From an uncultured Verrucomicrobiota bacterium (lineage in GTDB: Bacteria; Verrucomicrobiota; Verrucomicrobiia; JABWAM01), in NCBI GenBank assembly GCA_964475835.1, contig CAYYYL010000012.1, forward strand, positions 14,201 through 78,200: a stretch of 64,000 nt of DNA. Direction: 5' to 3'. The translations under genes were made by a program, and so were the position numbers. This document shows positions 14,312 to 24,475 of this stretch, piece by piece (position 1 is the stretch's first letter; each line of letters begins with the position of its first letter). The notes beneath the pieces are model-generated. The model made no database searches, had not been told where the DNA came from, and saw only the letters and a program-made list of their open reading frames with translations.

Positions 14312-16794
14312 ATAACTTCACCCCCCGCGCCCAACAGGTTCTCGCTCTCGCACGCAAGGAGGCAGACCGATTCAACCACAACTACGTGGGAACCGAGCAT
14401 CTTCTGCTCGGAATCATCAAACTCGGTCAGGGTGTCGCCGTTAGCGTTCTCAACCGCCTCGGACTCGAACTTGAGACCGTTCGAATGGAAGTGGAAAAAC
14501 AAGTGGGCACCGGCCCCGACCAGAAAATGGTCGGAAACATCCCCTACACGCCTCGCGTCAAAAAGGTCCTCGCCCTCGCCAGCAAGGAGGCAAAAGCCCT
14601 CAACCACAGTTACGTGGGCACGGAACACATTCTGCTGGGCCTCCTCCGTGAAGGGGATGGCGTCGCCGCCCGCGTCTTGAAGAGCCTCGATGTCGACATC
14701 GAACGCGCCCGTCAGGAAATCCTTAAAGAGCTCGATCCCAATCTCCAGGAAAATGTGGAAAACGAGCCCATTGGCTCCGGTGCGCCCAAGGAGGAAAAAA
14801 AGGGGGAGGTCAAAACCCCCGCCCTCAAAGCCTTCGGACGCGATCTCAACGAGCTTGCCAAACAAAACAAACTCGATCCCATCATCGGCCGCCGCAACGA
14901 AATCGAACGGGTCATTCAAATTCTCTGCCGCCGCACAAAGAACAACCCCGTTCTTATCGGTGAAGCCGGTGTGGGTAAAACCGCCATCGTGGAGGGACTC
15001 GCCCAGGAAATCGTGGCGGGAAATATTCCAGAAATCCTTCGCGACAAACGCGTGGTCACCCTCGACCTCGCCCTCATGGTCGCCGGCACCAAATACCGCG
15101 GACAATTCGAGGAACGCATCAAGGCCGTGATGGAGGAAATCCGGAAAACCGGAAACGTCATTCTTTTCATCGACGAACTCCATACCCTGGTGGGCGCAGG
15201 CTCGGCGGAAGGAACCATGGACGCCTCGAACATCATCAAACCCGCCCTCGCCCGCGGGGAACTGCAGTGCGTGGGCGCCACCACGATGAACGAGTACCGG
15301 AAATACATCGAAAAAGATTCCGCCCTTGAACGCCGGTTCCAGATCGTCCGTGTGGAAGCCCCATCCGTGGAGGAAACCATCGAGATTTTGAAGGGCCTCC
15401 GCCCCAAATACGAAGCCCATCACAAGGCCAAACTCACTGACGAAGCCCTTGAAGCCGCAACCCGACTCTCCGACCGTTATCTCACAGGGCGCTTTCTTCC
15501 CGATAAAGCCATCGACGTCATGGACGAGGCAGGTGCTCGGGCACGAATCGGCGCCATGACCCGCCCCCCCGAGGTTAAGGATCTGGAGAAGGAGATCGAA
15601 CAGATCAAAAATGAAAAGGAAAAGTCCATCAAGGGACAGGATTTTGAAAAAGCCGCCTCGCTCCGCGATCGGGAAAAGCAGACCCGCGAAAAAATCGAAA
15701 AGCTGATCGCGGAATGGAAAAACAAGCGCGAGGAGAAGGAAGTCGTCGTCACCGATGAGGATATCATGAACGTGATCGCCAAGGTCACGGGAATCCCCCT
15801 CACCCGCATGGAGAAGTCAGATTCCGAAAAACTGTTGAACATTGAGAACGAATTGCGGAGCATGGTCGTCGGTCAGGAGGAGGGCGTGGAGGCCATCTCC
15901 AAGGCTCTTCGCCGCTCCCGCGCCGACCTTCGCGATCCAAAACGTCCCATCGGCTCGTTCCTCTTCCTCGGCCCAACCGGCGTGGGAAAGACCCTGCTCG
16001 CCAAGGCCATGGCCGAAATCATGTTCGGCGATCGTGAAGCCCTCCTCCAATTCGACATGTCCGAATACATGGAGAAGTTCAATGTGTCGCGGCTCGTTGG
16101 TTCGCCTCCCGGCTACGTCGGCTACGAAGAGGGCGGACAGCTTTCAGAAGCGGTACGTCGCCGCCCCTATTGCGTGGTGCTCTTCGATGAAATCGAAAAA
16201 GCGCACCCCGACATCACCCATATTCTTCTTCAGATTCTTGAGGAGGGAAAATTGACCGATTCCCTCGGACGGAAAGTCGATTTCCGCAACACCATCATCA
16301 TCCTCACATCGAACATCGGAGCCGATCTTCTCAAACGCCAGACCTCCATGGGATTTGGCGCCAGCTCCAATGACAGCTCCTACGACAAGATGAAGGAGAA
16401 GATTCTTGAAGAGGCCAAGAAGCTCTTCAAACCGGAATTTATCAACCGACTCGATGACCTCATCGTCTTCCGCGCCCTGAACAAGGAAGATGTGATGAAA
16501 ATCGTCGACATCGAATCCGCAAAGGTCACGAAGCGCCTCAAACAGCATCGGGAACTCACTCTCGAACTCTCAAAGGAGGCGAAGGAATTCCTTGTGGAAA
16601 AAGGCTACGATCCCGCCCTCGGAGCCCGTCCCCTGCGCCGGGCAATCGAACGGTTCCTGGAGGATCCCCTTGCCGAGGAAATTCTTAAGGGAAACATCCA
16701 TGCCCACGATTCCATTGTCGTCTACCTGGCAAACGATCATTTGATCTTCAAACAGGCAGCCGACGCCCCACCCGCCCAAACCCCACAAGGCTGA
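14308..16794 (+). CDS. clpC: ATP-dependent Clp protease ATP-binding subunit ClpC
   Basis: ATGA overlap with mcsB. Clp_N repeats ([24 protein letters not shown]), two AAA+ modules (GEAGVGKTA; GPTGVGKT) and a middle-domain UVR motif [11 protein letters not shown]. Confidence 0.95.
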   Translation: MNNFTPRAQQVLALARKEADRFNHNYVGTEHLLLGIIKLGQGVAVSVLNRLGLELETVRMEVEKQVGTGPDQKMVGNIPYTPRVKKVLALASKEAKALNHSYVGTEHILLGLLREGDGVAARVLKSLDVDIERARQEILKELDPNLQENVENEPIGSGAPKEEKKGEVKTPALKAFGRDLNELAKQNKLDPIIGRRNEIERVIQILCRRTKNNPVLIGEAGVGKTAIVEGLAQEIVAGNIPEILRDKRVVTLDLALMVAGTKYRGQFEERIKAVMEEIRKTGNVILFIDELHTLVGAGSAEGTMDASNIIKPALARGELQCVGATTMNEYRKYIEKDSALERRFQIVRVEAPSVEETIEILKGLRPKYEAHHKAKLTDEALEAATRLSDRYLTGRFLPDKAIDVMDEAGARARIGAMTRPPEVKDLEKEIEQIKNEKEKSIKGQDFEKAASLRDREKQTREKIEKLIAEWKNKREEKEVVVTDEDIMNVIAKVTGIPLTRMEKSDSEKLLNIENELRSMVVGQEEGVEAISKALRRSRADLRDPKRPIGSFLFLGPTGVGKTLLAKAMAEIMFGDREALLQFDMSEYMEKFNVSRLVGSPPGYVGYEEGGQLSEAVRRRPYCVVLFDEIEKAHPDITHILLQILEEGKLTDSLGRKVDFRNTIIILTSNIGADLLKRQTSMGFGASSNDSSYDKMKEKILEEAKKLFKPEFINRLDDLIVFRALNKEDVMKIVDIESAKVTKRLKQHRELTLELSKEAKEFLVEKGYDPALGARPLRRAIERFLEDPLAEEILKGNIHAHDSIVVYLANDHLIFKQAADAPPAQTPQG

Positions 16795-16876
16795 TTCCAG
16801 GTTCTCCCGTTCTTCCCAGGCGAAGGCTGGTGATTCAGGCTTGCGGCATCCAAACTGCTCTGATAGGTGCTCCCAT

Positions 16877-17713
16877 ATGAACGACCTCAAACCCGATGCC
16901 GTCGAATTCCAGTTTGATTTCAACGAGTGCGCCGTCCGGGACTTCTGTGAGGTGTTTCAAATCGATTCCGTCACCGCAAAGTACCTTTTTGAATACCGGC
17001 TAGAGTCAATGCATGTGTTCAAGTTTCAGCAGTTGCTGAAACTCAAGGGAATCACCGAGGAATCCTTGCAACACATTTCTGATCCTAAACCGGGCCTTGA
17101 ACCCAATGTTGAATTGCAAAAATCCCTTCAGCTCGAAGGCGATAAACTAGTACCCCTCACCCAGCTCCTTGAAGCAGCTTGTGAGGCCACCGACGCCACA
17201 GGATGCCTTCTTACTACTCGCAGGGGCCAGAAAGTTGGTCAATTTCCAGAGGGCGATGCTCTATTTGATAAACTTGCCCCCCAGGTACCCGAATTCATCA
17301 ATGTTACCCAGGATGATCTCCTTGAGTTGAAAAGCTCCCCTGCCAAAGTTCAAGTCACCCGGTTCGAAGCCAATGAATTGATTTTTGTCCCGGCGGGAGC
17401 CCTCTACCTCACCACCCTGATCGCACCCGGAAAAATCAAACCCGCCGCCCTCAAACTCTGGCAAACCATCGCAAACGAAATACGAAGACGCTATCCGCCG
17501 CGGGCTTATATCAATAATCATGCCTCCGCGACCGCAAACGACATCGCCTTTGATTGTCCCCAGTGCCACCTGCGCATCCTTATCGACAAAGCTGGAGTCG
17601 ACATGAATGTTCACTGTCCCCGTTGCAAGCTCAAGCTCACTGTGCCCCGCGAGACAACGTCCCTCTCGTCCTTTAAATCCGCGGAACAGATGGGGCCCAC
17701 CCGTTGGGCCTAG
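16877..17713 (+). CDS. hypothetical protein with C-terminal zinc ribbon (possible HhH and Roadblock/LC7-like regions)
   Basis: ORF 16841..17713; start guess MNDLKPD. The C-terminus FDCPQCHLRILIDKAGVDMNVHCPRCKLKLTVP is a CxxC...CxxC ribbon. Other domain guesses are weak. Confidence 0.55.
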   Translation: MNDLKPDAVEFQFDFNECAVRDFCEVFQIDSVTAKYLFEYRLESMHVFKFQQLLKLKGITEESLQHISDPKPGLEPNVELQKSLQLEGDKLVPLTQLLEAACEATDATGCLLTTRRGQKVGQFPEGDALFDKLAPQVPEFINVTQDDLLELKSSPAKVQVTRFEANELIFVPAGALYLTTLIAPGKIKPAALKLWQTIANEIRRRYPPRAYINNHASATANDIAFDCPQCHLRILIDKAGVDMNVHCPRCKLKLTVPRETTSLSSFKSAEQMGPTRWA

Positions 17714-17802
17714 AAAGCGTCTCCTCATCGGGAAGTTCATTTTTTCGAGCCGGCTTTCTGCCTTCCTGGTTTGAGTTGGCGGATAACCTCTCTTGAGGTA
17801 GG

Positions 17803-19341
17803 ATGCTGCCGATGGATGAGCCCGAAACCACGCTCACGGATGCCCCTCCTCGCCAGTTGATGGAATCAAAAATGACGCCCATGGGATCGCCGTTGGAACC
17901 CAAAAAAGAGAAACATCCCGGAGAGACCGTCCTCATCCTTCTGCTCGCGGTTTACTGCATCACCTTTTTCACCTGGACACCCTTCCGAAAGGTGAATGAG
18001 CTCGCCTTTCGCACTCTCCTAAATCCCTTACGAACCTATCTTCCATCAGGACCTCAAACCGAACCTCCTTCCACCTCTTCAACCAAACTCGCCGAACGTG
18101 CGCGAAGCATGGAGTTCCGGATTCAGGAATTTCGAATCCATGCCGCTTCCCTCGAAACGTGGCTGAATGAATGGAAATGCAGCCCCCTTGAAGAAGTCAC
18201 GCTCCTGCGTTTCCTCCTGACTCAACTTCCGGAGGCGGGAACACGCGAAGCGGCGGCAGGACAACGAAAGGATGTCGTTCAAGCCATCACCATCCTCTCC
18301 TCAAGGATTCGAAAAAGTCAGCCCGACAATGCGTTTTCCTATCTCGCCGACGCCCTCGTCCTATTCTATCTCGGGCAGGATGGCCAGGCGATCCAGGCAC
18401 TCCGTCAGGGCCAGCAAGGTCCCCACATGAATCTTGGCCTGGACGAGCTCAATCGCTCCGAGCTCTCCCTCTGGCGCCAGGAGAAACACGGGAGGTCTCC
18501 CTTCCCAGTCCCTCCCCGTCATTGGAATCTGGATCTGGAACGCCCCCTCCAGGCTCTCAGTAGGGGACTTCTGATTCAGGAAAAAACCCTCCTCCAGAAA
18601 TATAATTTCGAGCGGGGCATTGATCTCACTATGGTCCATCTCGGACTTGCCGCCCAGCTTTCCGAAAGCGCATGGAATCCATCCGATTTCGCCACCGCCC
18701 ACGCCATGGCCCGACGAGCCCTTGAACCCTACTGGACCGCGGGACCTCCCTATCCCGATCTTCAGACCCTGGCCCGGAATTTTTATAATTTTCTGGATGA
18801 TCAGGGCGACCGCCTCTCCTCTTCCAAAATCAAAGCTTGGAGCGAAAATTGGGAGAGCCAACAGCGCTCAATCAAACAGAATCTTCGGCACTGGAGAAGG
18901 GCCCAGGCCCTCGCCGTATGGAATGTATCCAGCGTCGCTTCCAGCGTTTTCCTACAAACCTGCAGCTTTCTTCTGGTATGGCTGACTCTCCTCCTGTTTC
19001 CCCGCCCCCCATCCCCCTCCAATCCCATCACCCGATTCAAATTTCAAAGCATGACCCTTTTCGTGATTCCGATCCTCTGGGCGTTTCTTGGCTGGCCCCC
19101 AGGCACCAACTACCTGATCGCCGGCACCTGTCTGACCTGGCTCATGTGGAGCGTTGTTGCCCTCTCCCAGAAGCAAAACAATGAAACTTTTGTATTACGT
19201 GGACAGCTCGTTCAAAGCTTGCTCCTACTCCTCATCACCCTGACCCTCATCACGACCACGGCAACCGGGGCGTGGATCTTCCGGGAACAGGTTTTTCAGA
19301 AAATCGCAGTTTCCGGATGGACCCGATCGCTCATGGACTAG
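17803..19341 (+). CDS. hypothetical membrane protein (N-terminal TM, soluble helical middle, C-terminal multi-TM)
   Basis: 512-aa ORF. TM segments VLILLLAVYCITFF, FLLVWLTLLLF, LFVIPILWAFLGW, LIAGTCLTWLMWSVVAL, LLLLLITLTLITTT. No recognisable family. Confidence 0.6.
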   Translation: MLPMDEPETTLTDAPPRQLMESKMTPMGSPLEPKKEKHPGETVLILLLAVYCITFFTWTPFRKVNELAFRTLLNPLRTYLPSGPQTEPPSTSSTKLAERARSMEFRIQEFRIHAASLETWLNEWKCSPLEEVTLLRFLLTQLPEAGTREAAAGQRKDVVQAITILSSRIRKSQPDNAFSYLADALVLFYLGQDGQAIQALRQGQQGPHMNLGLDELNRSELSLWRQEKHGRSPFPVPPRHWNLDLERPLQALSRGLLIQEKTLLQKYNFERGIDLTMVHLGLAAQLSESAWNPSDFATAHAMARRALEPYWTAGPPYPDLQTLARNFYNFLDDQGDRLSSSKIKAWSENWESQQRSIKQNLRHWRRAQALAVWNVSSVASSVFLQTCSFLLVWLTLLLFPRPPSPSNPITRFKFQSMTLFVIPILWAFLGWPPGTNYLIAGTCLTWLMWSVVALSQKQNNETFVLRGQLVQSLLLLLITLTLITTTATGAWIFREQVFQKIAVSGWTRSLMD

Positions 19342-19834
19342 GAGCGTCCATCGACGTCACCCTCGACACCCTTCCATCGAAGAGCTCTCCCACCTTGTCA
19401 TCGACAAAAATGTCGATCAACCGCCATTTGTCACCCGGACGATAGTAACTGAAACGCCACCTCAATGGAAAATTTTCCGACCAGCTGAGGCATACTACCT
19501 GCATCAAACTCATTCCCACGCGCTTCTGTTCGATGATCTCAAACCCAAGAATCGGACCATAGGTTCCCACAGCGTCGTGCGTCTGCTTCTTTAAGGCCTT
19601 CACCTCATCTTCGCGGCCCTTGATTTTCGTATTGGTGAGAACCACGTCATACGCGGCATCCACCTTGTCTGCTTTTAATAAGCCAAAGAAATCTGTGATC
19701 GCCTTCTGAATCTCCGGGGGAGGTGGTGGTGGTGCCGCCTGAGAACTTCCTGAAGTTAGTCCAAAAACAAGTGCCAAAAACAATAGCCTGAGGCCGAAAC
19801 ATGGGTGAAATACAGGTCGAACCATATTCCCCAT
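19331..19834 (-). CDS. hypothetical secreted protein
   Basis: Signal-like LRLLFLALVFGLTSGSSQAA followed by a poly-Pro linker. Start uncertain (ORF extends to 19882). No family recognised. Confidence 0.5.
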   Translation of the reverse strand: MGNMVRPVFHPCFGLRLLFLALVFGLTSGSSQAAPPPPPPEIQKAITDFFGLLKADKVDAAYDVVLTNTKIKGREDEVKALKKQTHDAVGTYGPILGFEIIEQKRVGMSLMQVVCLSWSENFPLRWRFSYYRPGDKWRLIDIFVDDKVGELFDGRVSRVTSMDAPSP

Positions 19835-19887
19835 GTTCCCACGCAACCCTGCAATGACAAGAGAAAACCGAACGATTACCAAATTGA

Positions 19888-21006
19888 CTAATTTGCAATT
19901 TCGGTGAGAAAACCCGTATGCCGCACCTGATCGTAGTTGTAGAGAACATAACCGGACATGCCCGCATCACGACAAAGGGCAATTTGCTGGTTCATCTGGG
20001 AAGGGCGGTCCAAAAGATAGGAACCAATTCCTGCATAAATCGGCACCCGTCCATTCACAAGCCGCCGCTGCTTTTCAAGCCATCGGACAAATTGATTATT
20101 GTCCGTCGTATAGTTCATCGGCACGACGAAATCGAGATATCCATCCTCCACCCAGCTCAACCAATCCTGGGCGTATTCATCCAAGGCCACGTCTGGACTG
20201 TGCCAAACCGCTGCCGACACCTTGACCGCGGGGTTGGCCCGACGCACCGCCACGCTCACATCCCGAACCACCGACGAAATCAAATCCGTCCTCCATCGAT
20301 GATAAGTCTCCCGATACTTTCCACGGGTGACATCCGAAGGCCAGTTCTTGACCTTGATCCCTTTTGCCTGCTCAAAAGCAGCCCGGGATGAGGCACAATA
20401 ATCCACATTGGCACTGAAATATCGGATATAATCAAATTGCACCCCACTGAGATCATATTTGCTTACCAATTCCACCATCGCCCGTTGCTCGAGTTCACGA
20501 TTTGAAGCCAACGCCGGGGTCCGGACAGGAACATTGTAAGTCGGTCGCAAAGCCCTCCCTTTTGCATCCCTCATCACTTTTCCTGTCTTGATGGCCGTCT
20601 CCACTTCCGACCGGGGAGCATAATGCATCATAAAACAAACGTGCCACGCGTGAATCTGAAGTCCATATTTGCGACCCGCCGCAACGTAAGCGGCCGCGAA
20701 ATCCTGATCCGTTCCCGGAGCCGTCGGGAGAACCGAACTCGGATAGTAAGCCGCTCCCGCAGAGCTCAAACGCACAAAAACCGCATTAAACCCAGCATCC
20801 TTCAACGTACGAACCACCTCATCAGGATCAAACAGCCTGGGATCATATACCCATGCTCCTCGAAACTCCCGGGAAGGGGATGATGCCTTTGAGCGGGTAG
20901 CCCCCACCCAACGGCCCGATTCTGCTGTCGATCCTGTTTGCGCCGTCTCACACGAGGTGAGAAGTAGGACCGCCAGAAGAACAAAGGTGGTAAATCCAAG
21001 TTTCAT
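19888..21006 (-). CDS. glycoside-hydrolase-like GHL10 (DUF187) family lipoprotein
   Basis: Lipobox LLLTSC. EFRGAWVYDP...AGFNAVFVRLSSAGAAYYPSSVLP, GLQIHAWHVCF, GVQFDYIRY and YLDFVVPMNY match the GHL10/YngK-like pattern. Confidence 0.75.
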   Translation of the reverse strand: MKLGFTTFVLLAVLLLTSCETAQTGSTAESGRWVGATRSKASSPSREFRGAWVYDPRLFDPDEVVRTLKDAGFNAVFVRLSSAGAAYYPSSVLPTAPGTDQDFAAAYVAAGRKYGLQIHAWHVCFMMHYAPRSEVETAIKTGKVMRDAKGRALRPTYNVPVRTPALASNRELEQRAMVELVSKYDLSGVQFDYIRYFSANVDYCASSRAAFEQAKGIKVKNWPSDVTRGKYRETYHRWRTDLISSVVRDVSVAVRRANPAVKVSAAVWHSPDVALDEYAQDWLSWVEDGYLDFVVPMNYTTDNNQFVRWLEKQRRLVNGRVPIYAGIGSYLLDRPSQMNQQIALCRDAGMSGYVLYNYDQVRHTGFLTEIAN

Positions 21007-21093
21007 TCTTTACTTAAGGAATCGGCACAATATCCGCCAATGTTACCTGCAACTTGGTCTTCCGTCCTTGGATGGACCTGCCAAATGGCCAAA

Positions 21094-21360
21094 TCATTGA
21101 CGTGAAGGCTTTGGCGCGAAATCGCTGATGACACAGACATCGCCAAGGACCTCAACCTCCCCTGGAAGGCGAAATTGCCTGGGCTTATCCTTCAAAAGCA
21201 ACCTCTCAAGCCCCGAGCGCGGACTCAGATTCTCAAGACCTTCAACAATTTCAATCGGTCCCGAAAGGAGAATACCAAATTTTCGAGCTGATTTTTTCAA
21301 GTTTGCAAACTTGCCGATCTTGATCTTCTTTTTTTCGATGAGGAATTCGACGGTAGGCAT
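21094..21360 (-). CDS. hypothetical small protein (88 aa)
   Basis: Only an ORF in an otherwise empty gap. No recognisable motif. Confidence 0.3.
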   Translation of the reverse strand: MPTVEFLIEKKKIKIGKFANLKKSARKFGILLSGPIEIVEGLENLSPRSGLERLLLKDKPRQFRLPGEVEVLGDVCVISDFAPKPSRQ

Positions 21361-21466
21361 GGAAACAACGCTTCAAGAATTAAGCCAGCATTGAGTCCGG
21401 CGCAACTCCGGAATTCGATTTCTTTTCTGCATTGACGCCTCCCATCCCGGATTCCACCTTCGCTGG

Positions 21467-23047
21467 ATGAACCCCGCATTGCTGCTTCCATGGGTCGCTG
21501 CCACGACTTCAGGCGTCATGATGGCCCTCAGCTTCGAACCGTGGAACTTAAGCGCCCTGGCTTGGTTCGCTTGGATTCCTCTTCTCAGCCAGCTGATGCG
21601 ATCAACGGATAACCAAGCCCGCCCCAGGCCCACCCCCTTTTCCCTGGGCTGGCTCGCCGGAGTCACCTTCTGGTTGATTTCAATCTTCTGGATCCGACAC
21701 GTCTCCTGGCTGGGAATGATGGGTCTTTCGATGTTTCTCGCCCTCTATTTCGCCATATGGAGCCATTTTGTGGCAGCCGCGCGCACACGCTGGCCGGACA
21801 TTCGTGGACTTACCCATGTTGGTATCGCCCTCCTAAGCGCATCCTCCTGGGTCGTCTTGGAATGGTTTCGTGGTTGGGTTTTGGGGGGATTCCCATGGAA
21901 CACCGCAGCCGTCAGCCAGGTCCGAAACATTGCCCTCATTCAAATCGTATCCTGGACGGGAACCCATGGCCTTTCGTTCGTCATCCTCTTTTTCAACACC
22001 GCTCTATGGCTCGCCTGGTGCCGCATGCGACACGAACGCTTTGGCTCCCGAACCTGGCGGTATGAGTTCTCCCTCGCACTCTTCCTTGTGGTCTCCCTTT
22101 CCCTCACGGGAATCCGAATCCTTCTTCTGAGACAACCATCCCCCCATGCACGCACCCTCAAAGTCGCCCTGATTCAACCGAATATACCCCAGGATGTGAA
22201 GTTCGAGGCCCTCAGTCTTTCGAGACAACTTCAGAGATTGGAGGACCTCACCCGGCAGGCGGCCGTATTCCACCCGGATCTGATTTTGTGGCCGGAAACC
22301 GCCCTCGTGGATCCGCCCACCACCCACACCACGATCCAACAATGGCTCCAACGACTATTGCTTGCGATCCGAACGCCCATCCTTCTCGGTTGCACAGATG
22401 AAATTGTGGATCAGGCACCAGGCGAAAAAAAATCAAACCCCACCTACTTTAATGCGGCTGCCTTCGCCCGCCCAGGCGCTCCACTTGGCCCCCTTTACCA
22501 CAAACTTCATCTGGTACCCTTCGGAGAATATATTCCTTTCGAACAAATCCTTCCTTGGATGAGATTCCTGACCCCCATTTCAGTTAACATGTCACCTGGC
22601 AAGCAATCAGTCCTGTTTCCCTTCGAAAAGGAACATCTCGGAGTGTTGATTTGCTTTGAAGATACCTTCCCAAGCCTGGCCCGAAACTTGAGTTTGCAGG
22701 GAGCCGACGTCTTCGTGAACCTCACCAACGATGCATGGTTTAAAACCTCACCCGGCGCGGCCATGCATGCCGCAAACGCGGTGATGCGATGCGTGGAAAC
22801 CCGGCGTCCCATGTTGCGTTGCACCAATCACGGCCTCACCCTGACGATCAGCCCCTACGGACAAATCCTGGATTCTTTTGAACCGTTTCAAACAGGCTAC
22901 AAGTGCACCAACCTGACTCTGGATCCTGACAAGCCCATGACCTTTTATACCCTTCACGGTGACTGGTTCGCATATGCCTGCATGGGCCCTGTCGTTTTTG
23001 GGCTGATCTTTCTCCTGAGGTATCGTAAACAAACGAGCAAGCCATGA
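21467..23047 (+). CDS. lnt: apolipoprotein N-acyltransferase
   Basis: N-terminal multi-TM region followed by a nitrilase-fold domain with LIQPNIPQ, LILWPETA, GVLICFEDTFP and NLTNDAWF. Confidence 0.9.
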   Translation: MNPALLLPWVAATTSGVMMALSFEPWNLSALAWFAWIPLLSQLMRSTDNQARPRPTPFSLGWLAGVTFWLISIFWIRHVSWLGMMGLSMFLALYFAIWSHFVAAARTRWPDIRGLTHVGIALLSASSWVVLEWFRGWVLGGFPWNTAAVSQVRNIALIQIVSWTGTHGLSFVILFFNTALWLAWCRMRHERFGSRTWRYEFSLALFLVVSLSLTGIRILLLRQPSPHARTLKVALIQPNIPQDVKFEALSLSRQLQRLEDLTRQAAVFHPDLILWPETALVDPPTTHTTIQQWLQRLLLAIRTPILLGCTDEIVDQAPGEKKSNPTYFNAAAFARPGAPLGPLYHKLHLVPFGEYIPFEQILPWMRFLTPISVNMSPGKQSVLFPFEKEHLGVLICFEDTFPSLARNLSLQGADVFVNLTNDAWFKTSPGAAMHAANAVMRCVETRRPMLRCTNHGLTLTISPYGQILDSFEPFQTGYKCTNLTLDPDKPMTFYTLHGDWFAYACMGPVVFGLIFLLRYRKQTSKP

Positions 23048-23643
23048 CCCTTGCCAACATTGTCACGCTGACCCGGATCGGACTTATTCCGTGTTTTGTG
23101 GTTGCCGTCGTTTACTATGCTCAAAGCGTCAAACTTGGCATGCCTAATCCATGGCAACACACGCTCGCAGTCACTTTTTTCGTCATCGCCGCCTCGACGG
23201 ATGCCCTCGACGGCTACCTCGCCCGTCGATTAAATCAGAAAAGCCGGTTTGGCAGCATTCTCGATCCCATCGCCGACAAAGCCCTTCTCCTCACCTCCAT
23301 CGGCCTTCTCAGCTGGAATCATGGAGATGCGTTCGACCAACTCCCACTCTGGTTTCCGATCGTCATTTTGAGTCGCGACGTCATTGTCGTGCTCGGAGTT
23401 GTCATTGTCTTCATGATGGGCAAGGGCTTTGACATCGAACCCCATTGGATTGGAAAAGTGGCCACCGTCCTTCAGATGATCACCGCCGGACTTGTTCTCG
23501 TTCGGGTCCCCGAGGGGTACTGGACGACCCCCATGTGGATTTCAGGAGTTCTCACCGTGGTTTCAGGCATCATCTACGTTATCGAGGGAAGTCGGAAAAT
23601 GACCCATGACGACCTCCATCAATCGGGCCGCTCCCGATCGTAA
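23044..23643 (+). CDS. pgsA: CDP-alcohol phosphatidyltransferase (phosphatidylglycerophosphate synthase-like)
   Basis: ATGA overlap with lnt. DALDGYLARRLNQKSRFGSILDPIADK matches the D-G-x2-A-R-x8-G-x3-D-x3-D motif. Confidence 0.85.
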   Translation: MTLANIVTLTRIGLIPCFVVAVVYYAQSVKLGMPNPWQHTLAVTFFVIAASTDALDGYLARRLNQKSRFGSILDPIADKALLLTSIGLLSWNHGDAFDQLPLWFPIVILSRDVIVVLGVVIVFMMGKGFDIEPHWIGKVATVLQMITAGLVLVRVPEGYWTTPMWISGVLTVVSGIIYVIEGSRKMTHDDLHQSGRSRS

Positions 23644-24443
23644 CTCCATCCCCTCACCTTTTCGACCTTTACGAGACGCGCACTCACAGTTCCCACCGAA
23701 AGATGGGACACCACCTTGAGCGGAATTCGATATTCATCCCGACTTACCCATGCGGTCATCTTCCCTTTTTTTACGAATCCCTCGAGATAGTCTGACGTTG
23801 GTTCCACTTTAAATGCTGGAATGGATTTGAAGTCCGGCAGGGTTATCTGTTCCTCACTGATTTTTCGGATCGTAACTTCATAATTTCCCTTATCATTTGC
23901 AAGGATGGCACTGGCCGAGTCGCGCCCGGTCCAATCCAGACTTCGCATGAAGTAGATCAACGAAAACTTGTCCTGCACCCCTGCACCCGGAATTTCAAAC
24001 CATTGGGCTTCACCGGTCGTATACGACTGGACACCGCCAAGTTTTCTTTCGGGAAAAAACCAGCTCTCCTCCCAGGTCACCCGCCCCCGTTCGGAACGCT
24101 TTTGCAGAAAGCGAAGTGAGGTTCGATTTACAGAGTCATATTCGCTCTCCATGTGCGCAAACACCGGATAGAGCGTGGAAACGAAATCATTGGATTTCGC
24201 TTCAATCACAAATCGAAATCTACCGGTTTTCATCCCCTCAAAAACCTCAAACACCCCACGGCCCACCATGAATGGTCCCCAATAAAAGTGATAGGTCAAC
24301 CTCTCCCCTGCCTGAAATGGGTTCTCAGCCCTCAAATCCTGAAAAATCCCAAACAAAACCCAACCAAGGAACAACCAGAAGAGAAAACATCTCTCTAATC
24401 GGTTTTGTGACTTTGTATTCCACCGCATGCCTGACCTCAGCAT
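23619..24443 (-). CDS. DUF3108-like secreted protein
   Basis: Signal-like N-terminus. GERLTYHFYWGPFMVGRGVFEV and the C-terminal beta-rich pattern resemble DUF3108. The 3' end overlaps pgsA by 25 nt (convergent). Confidence 0.6.
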   Translation of the reverse strand: MLRSGMRWNTKSQNRLERCFLFWLFLGWVLFGIFQDLRAENPFQAGERLTYHFYWGPFMVGRGVFEVFEGMKTGRFRFVIEAKSNDFVSTLYPVFAHMESEYDSVNRTSLRFLQKRSERGRVTWEESWFFPERKLGGVQSYTTGEAQWFEIPGAGVQDKFSLIYFMRSLDWTGRDSASAILANDKGNYEVTIRKISEEQITLPDFKSIPAFKVEPTSDYLEGFVKKGKMTAWVSRDEYRIPLKVVSHLSVGTVSARLVKVEKVRGWSYDRERPD

Positions 24444-24475
24444 GCGGGACTCAATCGAAATTGCCAGCCTGAATC

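Noticed and set aside
17361-17369. GGTTCGAAG, resembling a tRNA T-arm
   Set aside because: It lies inside a coding ORF with no flanking acceptor or anticodon stems. I found no tRNA-like cloverleaf in any intergenic region.
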